The translations under genes were made by a program, and so were the position numbers. The notes under the pieces are model-generated. The model ran no database searches. It saw only the letters and a list, made by a program, of their open reading frames with translations, and was not told the origin of the DNA. From Ophelia neglecta (Eukaryota), in the NCBI GenBank assembly GCA_965285935.1, contig OZ260666.1:66836001-66900000 (forward strand): a stretch of DNA of 64,000 nucleotides. Direction: 5' to 3'. Of this stretch, positions 53,801-64,000 are shown piece by piece. Position 1 is the first letter of the stretch. Every line of letters starts with the position of its first letter.

Positions 53801-56034
53801 TTCTCGGAAACCTGCTCAATAAGGACCCTATATGTAACTTTGTACGAGTAACGATGCAGTAACATTACCTGTCCAGAGTTATTATACAAAATCTTATTGT
53901 TTACTCCCATTGTTTAATCATGCCTAAAAAACACTTTAGGTAGGTTTTTGCTGATCAATTTGTTAGTTCTGAGGAGAAAGAGAGCATGTTTAAGGTCATT
54001 GCATTGCATGAACATAAGACTGTGTCTTAAAATCACATTTCCGAGGTACTTAATATAGATGCTTTGCAAAAGTCTAGATAATACGACTGTACATGGATGT
54101 ATCCAAGTGTGAAGGGTAAAATCTATACCCCTTGCGAGTAAAATTAGCTAAGGTTCTCGCCGGAAATGATGCCAGGATAAAGATAATCTTTAAGTCTGTA
54201 CAGGGCCAACATCTCTATTATAAATGTTGTGCTTCGAAGAGTGAAATATGGACACAACATTGCGGAACAGAAGAACGTTGCAGTAGCGTTCCAGTTTCAA
54301 TGAGAGCGCGATGCAAAAAGGTGTGAGTAAGTTCAAGGGATATTGATCACTGAGATTAACTTTGTTTACAAACCAAATTATTAGCACTGTGCGATAAAAG
54401 AAAGTCGCAATCAATACAAAATAAAATCATTATAACCTAATGATAGACAGCAGACATTATCAGACAGATAACAAGGAAATTCTATTCTTGTCCGCACTTT
54501 CCAAGAGGTCCAACGACAAGGCAGCCACCACACAGGGAAAATCGGGCAGGGCAATTTGATAAAAAAAAGTTCAATGAAATGTCTGCGATGACGTGCAGTG
54601 AAGTGGGTGCTTCAATATATATGAATAGGCAGGAAGAAATCGAAAGGAATTCACTTGACTATTTAAAGCGATGTCCTTACTGGAAATTAAAACTATAAAA
54701 CAAAGTGTATATGTTTGATATTGGCTCAAACCATTAGCCATTTTCTTTGCATTTAATTAAGTTCGTAGCATATACTGGAAATTATTGAGAACAAATTCTT
54801 AATGAGACAAATTTTGTTTGAGATTTAACTGTTCACCTTCCATCATGTCTAATGAATAAAAAACTTACAAACATAAAGAGGAAAAAATATTTTAACTTCA
54901 TCTATAGTATAAGTCAAAACTCCTTTATGCTGCTCATCAAGTACAATTTTCTGGCAATAATTGAAAGTTCTGACAATTTATTAGATATAGTTTCTCGGAA
55001 ATAGCAATACCTGCTATTAGAAAACAATACCTGTTGACAGAACAAGTCAATTACCATGTGATGGACCCCCGATGATGTATGACATGATGAGCTACCGGGA
55101 AATTGAGGCACAATGAACTCTGACAGGAAGATATGCTCAACGTCACTCAGAAAATGCACATAGGAAACAAAGATATATTAACTACCAGGCTAGTTTAGTA
55201 CAATATGCCTTTTTTCTACTTTACTTCTCCATAAACTGTGCATTGACGAAGCAAGGACAATTATCATCTGCCTTGAACTAATATATTTGTTTGCTGGTCT
55301 AAACGTTATCCTACGAAGAAACCTTTTCCAACTATCATTTGTCGGCACTCGAAACAAAAAATACTTTTAGTAATTCCAGTAAGCAATGGTATTTTTCAAC
55401 CTATCTGAACGCCTTGAAATTCTCATCACAGCAGTTAAACTGACCTCCCTTTTTGAATGATAATATGTTAAACATCGATCGATGTACCTAATCATTATGT
55501 CGGCATAAAGCATATTTAGATCATTACAAACGAATGAAAAATAATAATCACCAGCAGCGTTAAAACTGATTATGTCATAGGAGAAAGTAAACAGGATAGT
55601 GTTTTAATTGTGTTTGTTATGTTAATACGTTTAGCAATACATGTTTTAAATTCTGCTTGTGTTTCTGCACAATATCAAGCAAAAAAACCGTCATTTTTCT
55701 ACCAGAAATAGGCGTACTTATTTTTATTGAAAAAGTAAATGTTACTTTTATGTGACTGAATGCGACAAATGTAGGCTTCTTATATTGAAGATGGGTGGCT
55801 CCATTATCTAAGTATTTAAATATCTCCAATAACTGTTGTATATTCACATGCTCGTTAAGTACGACATAGATTATGGACAATCACGGTATGATGTAATAAA
55901 TGCCGGATAAAGCTGTACCTTCTGAAAGTTGAGAGTGGAAAGAATTTCCATTTATGAAAAGTGCAATTCATTTATGCATTACTCATTGACTAAGCAAACG
56001 AGTATCAGTATCATTTATACAGTGATTATACGAT

Positions 56035-56900
56035 ACCAATATGTTGATTCTAAACAATAGTAAGGACCTGTTTTAACATATTGAAGATCCCGGTCTAAAT
56101 CCACACCTGCCTGTTTTTACCTGGGACCTCTCTACTCCGTATACTGCACTTCCGCTTGCTGAGTACCCGAAAGAACTGTAAAACACATTTCCTAAAACAG
56201 ATGACCGTTTTATAATAAACCAAATATCCAGTTTACTACATCCAATTTACAATTTGTCCAATTTACAATTTGTCGCACTACTTTACATTTTTATCAAAAA
56301 CCAATTGGCCAGGTGAGTTGTGAGGTGTTTCGCCAAAATAATATTCGATTGGGACCAACTGCGTTGCTTTTATGGCATATTTGCGTTTTTTTCATTTATC
56401 AATACGATTTTATGATCAGTTTGCTAAATGGCGGGAACGAGAACATGTCCAGAGTATGGTTTTTCTCCTTTGGATATATAGATAATTCATTTTCGTGTAT
56501 TAACAAATACTTCAGGCAATACGTTTATGTCCCATATTTAAAACTAAATTATGCCACTGACAGTCCAAATGTTTGTTCATATTTGGATATTTTTTCTTTT
56601 TTCGAAAATAGTATTTTAATTGTACGTCTTTATGACAAATGAGAGGATTTGGACTTTCTAATATTAAACTTTCCACTCCTTGATAACAATATTCTGATTT
56701 ACTCAACATAAGAGGTACATACTTCGAGAGTTGTGTCCTACGAAACAGCTTTTGTTGTTCCGTCTGATTTTGACAAACGACACGTAGACCTGGTGTCTAA
56801 CCGAGGGTTATGAACTCTTCAATTTGAAACGGGAATTCTCCAAATTCACAGATAAAAATATCTCCAATTCATTCAACTACAACACACACCTTGAAGACTT
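56035..56900 (+). mobile_element. Penelope-like retroelement RT pseudogene (probably Naiad-type)
   Basis: Collinear decayed motifs: NMLILNNSKDL (cf. NQMWILKNSKDL), TWDLSTPYTALP (cf. TFDFSTLYTTIP), VFRQ..., FGYIDN (cf. FRYIDD), SYLDI, LYDK*EDLDFLILNFPLLDNNI (cf. LYDKRDDFNFxIVNFPFLxSNI), GY...LKREFSKF. Multiple stops and frameshifts. Confidence 0.85.
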
Positions 56901-57316
56901 TTGAAATCCTGCCCATGGTACATCATACTTCAGGATAGACAATATATGATCGATGAGTGTCTTTTGGACTATTCGTGTTTAGGTTTGTTTGCTAATTTTA
57001 AAATTGCTATGCAGGGAAAAAGGATACAATGGATTTTAGTTATCTCTTCAGCACATTCTAGTGCATCTGCTTCATTCGGGTTACACATCGTATGTTTCAA
57101 ATGCACGTGTTCAGGCACATACACCCGCATAGTTAATATTATGATGAAATCTTTATGAGCGCCATTACTCTTTTCCACTTTAATTTACAGAGACCTATAA
57201 CACCCCTCTTTGATTAATGATTGTGCTCTTTCTTCCGAGTATCCACTCCCAGTACTTCACTTGTCAGGCTTAGAGTTAGAGTATTCAGAGTAAGTTAAGA
57301 TGCAACTGGGATTAGA

Positions 57317-57625
57317 TTGGTTGTTGGTTGTTTTGGGTTTCACGTGGTTTTCAACACTCATATGGTTATATCGCCACGGTGCCAGTGACAGTGGGCTCAA
57401 TGCCCTCTTTAGAATGCTGCCTGACTGGAGTACCTGCCGTAAACACTAAATAGAAAACCCCACCCAGTCACATTATACTGCCCCCCTCCCCCCCCCCCCC
57501 CAAATACCAAGCGCCGGGCGGGGAGCCATCAGTACCCATTCTTACGTCTAGGGTTTGACGCGATCGAGATTTGAACCCCGATCTACCACTTGCGAGACGA
57601 ACATCCTAACCACTCGGCCACGCTT
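57317..57625 (-). mobile_element. tRNA-derived SINE with V-domain-like body and 10-bp TSD
   Basis: Minus strand has Pol III A box TGGCCGAGTGG (57610-57620) and B box GTTCAAATC (57568-57576), a body with AGACGTAAGAATGGGTACTGATGGCTCCC...CAGTATAATGTGACTGGGTGGGG, and a tail ...GTTGAAAACCACGTGAAACCCAAAACAACCAACAACC. The direct repeat TGGGATTAGA flanks it at 57307-57316 and 57626-57635. Confidence 0.88.
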
Positions 57626-57974
57626 TGGGATTAGAGAGTGTGGGAATTTATTTACAGATCTCTTGTTTAACAGTACAGGCGAGTAATTAAGCTCCTAGAT
57701 GAGTGATGAAGACAGATTTAGGCCAATTATCACATCTGCTGCCCAAGCCTGCTTACCAATTCACTGGTCCACCTTCATTACAAAAGGGCCATGGAAATAT
57801 ACCCTTCTAATTAATCAAACCTGTCAGCGAGTTAACAAAGCCTTGCTGAATTATAGATTATATAGTGAGTTACAATGGACATGGCATCATATTCCCGTTA
57901 GGGACAACAAAGATTATACAAGTCTACAAACTCAATTTAAGTAAATCAAGAATAACGAGTGTGTATCGTACCAA

Positions 57975-58016
57975 ATAAAAACGAGATAACATATAAAAAC
58001 GAGATAACATATAAAA
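57975..58016 (+). repeat. 18-bp tandem duplication
   Basis: ATAAAAACGAGATAACAT twice, plus a partial third copy. Confidence 0.9.
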
Positions 58017-60747
58017 GTAACCATCTTTGACCAAAATCGAGGTTCTAACCCACAAATTGATTCTTGTTTTTGGATAGAATCAGACAGCGGTATATCTCAT
58101 TAACTTCACTAAGTTTAGCGTACACGTCAGCCTAGTCACTGACATATTCACAAGTTAACATCACTATATAGTGCTACATTTCAGTGTTAATATATGTACT
58201 TTGCCTTGAATGTAACATTTGACTTTTGTTGTGGAAGTATCTATACTGTGTCAATAATGGTTTCCTTTCCATTTCAATAGATTACGGCTTACAAATATGG
58301 GACCATGATGGGCCACGATAACAGCTCACAATGTTTATTTATTTTCCCTACTCATCGTAGTGATGGTCACATCTTTATACACACTTTTTCACAACTATAT
58401 TACTAAACGGAAGAACCATATCATGTTGCTTGATGCCTGCTTTTAATTCGGAAATGCAGCCCTTTTTAGGTAGCAAAAACAATAGACTGGCTTTCTCAAA
58501 TGTGACTTCATGTCATTTACTCGGCATTTCGATTTCACTGATCACAAATTAAATCATAGGTCGGATGGCGGACCTGTTAAAATGTTTTGGTATGCACTGC
58601 TATGCCAAGTAGTTGATTTCCATGACTGTGACTTTCATCGTCTGACTTAAGTTGTTAAGTTGTCGGTGTAGTCCGGTAGAAAATACAAAAGCAAATTGCA
58701 ATAGCTTTGTATTCTGTTGCAGCAATGGTTAAGAATCCTGCCTCCTGTCTGTTGGAAAAACCCTTTAGCATAGTTATTATTGCTGGCATTTTGATTGCTT
58801 GTCCAAAACACAAAGGTGGGATTTCTGCCCACCGGGAATATATTCCACCTACACCGAGACCGTTATTATCGTAAGCTAATTTGTCTTCTGATTACAGTCA
58901 AAGATGTCAGAAGTGATTTGAAGATATTCACTTGCTACGCAGTCTATAGACAAATAATGAAAAAGTCGTAGCCACTAGTTCAGCTTGGAGAAATGGGAAT
59001 CAAAATATTGAACTCGAACGCTGGTGTACTGACTGGAAAAGTCAAAAACAAATGCTCGCTTCCAAATTGCTGCATTTAAATGCATACAATACCAATCCAG
59101 AGTGTGAGTTGTCCCTTGTTTTAACAGTATTTTGGTTGGTCGACAGAGGTTTCATAAGTGTATACGGCTTTAAAGCAGACATATGAAGACTATTGTAGCA
59201 TTACATGAAACATGGATTAGCACTGCAAGAATAGAAAATTGTCACAGTCAAACACGAATTTCAATTTCTTCTTATACAGCTGTTAGGCCGAGCGATTACG
59301 CACTACATCATATCGGAGACAGGATTAACTGTTATTTGAAGTTTAAAACTGCGTAGACCAGTAAACAGCGTCATTGCCTGGAAGCGTTTCTGCTATGTAG
59401 CTGTCAATATTGGTTGGTATGCAATTCGTATAGCTTATTGCACTCTCGCACACCAATGTGCATAACATCTGTAATCACATGGTCTGTAGTCCTTTCCCTA
59501 ACGAACGTCTATCATAGAAGTAGTGCGCATGGAGTCATGATGCCTTTCGCGTTTTTTGTTGTTGTGATTGTTATAAAGAAAGTTAAATTGAACCACATAC
59601 GCCAAAAAACATGCTCGAATTCTTTCCTGTCCATGTCATGAACAGTTCCTGAAGAGCGGACTCCTCACAAGTAATCAAAAAAACTCCTCAATCAATGTCA
59701 AGACAAGCTGGACCATGCTAGAATAACCGGTATCTGACAGGATGGTTGTCCGGGTTTATAGATCCACAGGGATGTGTGTACATGATGAATTGGGCAACCA
59801 TCAGATCATAGGTCACACTTTTATAGGTGTAGCTATGTTGCTGGTATTTTGTGATAAAAATCACTAGATGCTTGTTGTGAAAATGTGAATTGTTTGTGCG
59901 ATACTAGGCAAATAAATTTGAAAAAAGGATAGTACTGAGGAATGAAATTAACTTTACCTAAATAAAGCTTGATCTTGGCGGAACTCCAAGCTAAGGTAAT
60001 CGCTTTAATGGCCTTTCGTGGTCTCTTTAGTATCATCAAATCTGGTTAAGCACTGCCGTGATGCCTAAACAGTACAATCTCTGTGCCCCATGATAGCCAC
60101 AGAAATTATATCAAGCGCGTAAAGGCAGTTTTTTGCCAGAAGCTGAACACGGCGTTTATTTGTGCATAGACTCACATCATGGAAACTGTTGACAATTTCC
60201 CAATGCATATGTTTTTATTCTATTATGTGCATTTTTTGCAAGTTTATATACTGCTTAGGGTCTGGGGATATATTTATGTATGCTTGTACCTGGTGGTTTA
60301 AGACAGATTTAATGGCCTATTATTGATTAAGTGTGTTGCTTTGTCTGCCAGGTTATCAGTACCGTTTTGAAACTAAATTACTTATCCAGCTTCAAAAAAA
60401 CGAGTTTTCCATCTAAGAAGATTATACAACCTTGCTATATAAACGCATAAAACCTGTTAATTGTAAGATTAACTTATTTACATTAAGTATCAAAAACTTA
60501 CTCAAGTTTTACTCTCTTGCATTCCATTACTCAAATTACTTTATGATTAAGATACACCAGTGTGTTGATTTAAGCCATATGCTGTCCAAATATGGAGAGC
60601 CCTTGAAATGATGTCCCATGCACAAGAATGAAAATGGCGTGGTTCTTTTAAGTGGTATTCCAGTCGGTGACCCTACGTAGCACATATTTATATTTAATGT
60701 TGCCATGGACCTTTGATTTCTTGACGTCCACTCTCTGTGAACATTTA

Positions 60748-60795
60748 CTATATATATATATATTTATATATATTTATATATATATATTTATATAT
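60748..60795. repeat. Imperfect (TA)n microsatellite
   Basis: TA repeats interrupted by TTTA. Confidence 0.85.
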
Positions 60796-63700
60796 GGTAA
60801 CAGCTGACTCCACAGTTTACAAATGATTCCTTTCTGAATTTGGCATTTATCTTGGGTTGCGTGCACTGTCTCTAGAAGTTCAAATATTCCTATAATACAT
60901 TCTACGGTTGTGGGACGGATGTGAGATTAATTCCAATTTGCTACAAATACTACCTAGCACCATTCAACTTAAACGTCTGCCAGCTGGGATATTTAGTCTG
61001 GATGCTTTAGAATTAAGATAATGCTGGAAAGTATAAAATAATACGTTACTAAACACAACTTTTCATAACTTCGAATTATCAAATCATAAGATAGACGTTC
61101 AGAGCAGAAGCACATAAGGCTGAAAAAACAATATGCTGCTCAAACGAAGGACGTTACAACCATTCTCCAAAGGATTATCTATCAAGACCCAATTTCACTG
61201 TAGAGATATATTTTGAGGTTTATTTACTGGTATCATGATGGATGATATACGCAGGGAATATCAAATTGCCGCTGTAGGTCCAAAGTGGAGTACAGTATGA
61301 TTGGTTTTATAGTGGAGTCAAACATCCACTAAAAACGGCATTTATAGCATCAATCTGGGATTCTGTGACAACAATACATTGATAAAGATAGATCCGTCAT
61401 TTAACTAACCTTAGGGGGTGCAAATCACACACTGGAATAAATAATGACATTTTAGACTTGGACAATTATTTCAAACCTCTTAGCTGCCGTCTTATATCCA
61501 ACCTGGGCGGTGAGAAAACAATAATAATAAAAAGTATCAGCTTTTTGTAAAATGGTCATGCTAGCAATGGCGGTTACGGTAAACGGCTCCTAGCGTGATG
61601 CCTCGACTAACTCATACATACTAACATTCAAAAGGTTTATTCCACAGTAGCTGATATGAAATTGGACTTCCAGAGAATTTTCCGTAAGCGCCTAAGATAC
61701 ATATCATCAAAAGAGGTTGCATCATATATCAGCATTGGACGGAGGAAAGGGCACATTTCGACTATTTTATCCACGGATCATATAAATATATTCACTGCCA
61801 TGTGAATGTGGAGATAAAACATTATCCTGGCGGTAGGACCGATACAATTTCCAATCCTTCAGAAATAGGCCGAGAAAAATATTTTGGCCAATAATCCCTT
61901 CTGCTGCCAAAGCTCCTTACCCATTCATTGACCTACCTAATAACATGAATTATATGGCCTTCCTTTCTTGTAATTTATCACACTTAGCCAAAGTAATTGA
62001 CGAGCATTACTCCCGTTATGTTTGGTGCAGTGAATGCTATTGGAAAAAATGTCCCAATGCCTGTCTCTAATGACTCCAACAACAGATCCCCAAACGCCTG
62101 AAAAATTACAATAATCGTCTCGTATGTACGTTATCCAGCTGTACGGCAGGCTATAACCTCAAAAAACTAATCAGAGCCACATAAATTCATGTCGTAAAAT
62201 GAATACAAGAAATATGGTATTTGAACTGATCATGGTTGACTTTCAGACAGTACCCATTTAGTAACTCTCAAAATGAGCATTTTGTAAGAACAACAAATTT
62301 ATTTAAACTAGTGCCTGTATAAAGCTTACAGTATTAGGTGACCTACCATAATCAGATGCATAGCAATATTAGGCTATTTGAGATCAAGCAATAAACATTT
62401 TTCGTTGGTATTCTAATAATAAAGAGGTTTAGTCTATTAACTATTATTAATGAACATTTAATAATAGATATGTTGCTCAATATAAATATTCTATATATAT
62501 ATGGGTTTTGTCTTGCGACTTTGCAACGCTTGACTGCTGTTGCCTGCCTGCTGTGGCAACACAAGGCTTGATGTGGTGTTTTTTTGAGACGCAGGGCACA
62601 AGATAAAACGATTTGAGATGTTTATTTGCTAGGAAAGAAAACGTACTGATATAACTAACATACGCTGGCTGTGAAAAACTAGTTTTGCCGGAGATGTATC
62701 ATTTTGTGACAGATCGAAGAAAACTGCAGACAGAACAAAATGACTTTGCATACTTTGTACAGGGAGATTTTTAAATTTGCCTCAAATTGTAAATCATGGA
62801 AAAAATCTTTGCGGCGCAACAAGTATTGGTTATAGGCGCGGAAATCACTTCAACACGTTGCTGATTATACTAAATTAGCTACATATATAGTTTGGAAATG
62901 AAACCGAAGTTTCCAGCATTTCCATTGCTACTTCTGCAAAATAAAACTCGCATAAAGTCATTTGTATACTACAGTTTGTAGGCCAAAAACTGCTGGCAAA
63001 AAAAAACCTAATTTGTCCCTTGGTTTCTATTTTGAATAATCTTGGTTTGTATCATGAACATGACAAAGGTCCGGTCAACGTTAATAAAATGACACTAATA
63101 AAGCTGGGAAATGGGACACAGTACATATGTTCTGGTTTCTGGAAAAAGGTTAATCCATCAATGACAACGCATAAGCGAAGACCGATGAGTCATTGCTGTC
63201 AGACTGCTTAACGATACTTTACAAGATTAATATATCATTTGATAAAGCAAATGCAATGAATATGCAATAATGATTTTTTCGTTAGTTTTATTTCGTTTCT
63301 GTATCAAATCTTGAATAAACGTTTATTGTGCAAATATAATGCATATAATAATTATATAGATATAATAATGTCAATACGGCATAATGAAATCCACATTATC
63401 TAATTGAATAGCTGTTTTTCCCTGAATGATGTGAATAACAATGTGACCCCGATTAAAATATTTAGTTTTAGGTTTTCAACCTTTTTGCATAAATTGAGAA
63501 TTTCCTCGATAATTGTCTGATCAGTCTTTTTTAAACGATGAAAAAGATGTAATTAACTTCATTAACCTAACAGCTTTCACGCTTCACTGTAACACTATTT
63601 TTTACTGAGACGTATGGGGTCGAATTGATGGCAAAAATGTATTTATCAATGCAAATTGTATTTAAGCGTTCGAGCGATTTGTCTCTAATTTCATGAACTC

Positions 63701-64000
63701 CGACCCAATGTTTGCATTCAAAATAACCAGTATTCCCTAATTACTGATGTGTCAGATATAAGTTGACAAATGGCTCCGCCATGCAGCAGATAAATTAATA
63801 GGTAAATATTGAATTGTATTGCGTGCCATATTAATTAAATTGATTGGATGGAATCAATCGAATTGAATAAGTTGTTGCACACACTGGGTAGCCAACATGC
63901 GGCTTTTTTATTCCATTTCGTGGGTCCCACGTTGCCTATATTGTGGTAAGACATCCTAACATGTAAATAAAATATAACCTACAATTTAGAGAGTTTGAAT

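Noticed and set aside
56640-56642. In-frame TGA in the Naiad-like RT as a selenocysteine codon
   Set aside because: It aligns to Arg of YDKRDD, so a CGA/AGA-to-TGA mutation is simpler. The copy also has TAA stops and frameshifts.
57560-57625. tRNA gene
   Set aside because: A/B boxes are present but there is no full cloverleaf. It is the head of a TSD-flanked SINE.
1-64000. The many 60-156 aa ORFs in the six-frame track as independent genes
   Set aside because: No domain motifs, composition typical of random AT-rich DNA, many use non-ATG starts, and the duplicated ORFs simply mirror the tandem duplication.

Overview
AT-rich eukaryotic DNA that is almost entirely non-coding. The repeat types (V-domain-like tRNA-SINE, Penelope/Naiad-like RT, CR1/L2 debris, Helentron/HINE-like fragments) point to a marine invertebrate, probably a mollusc-like lophotrochozoan (inference). 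Nearly all ORFs in the six-frame track look spurious. Supportable features: (1) one convincing 109-bp internal exon on the minus strand (31132-31240) encoding part of a thrombospondin type-1 repeat, so the window is probably two very long introns of a THSD7/ADAMTS(L)/papilin-like gene; (2) a near-identical 4,178-bp tandem duplication (8995-13172 / 13177-17354) whose junction carries a fold-back-templated insertion; (3) a perfect 31-bp-arm hairpin; (4) several small recent tandem duplications; (5) a PIF/Harbinger-like MITE, a TSD-flanked SINE, a Naiad-type Penelope RT remnant and older LINE/PLE fragments. I found no prokaryote-type operon, CRISPR array or intact new multi-gene system. The most notable signals are the duplication junction and hairpin (template-switch signatures) and the isolated TSP1 exon.
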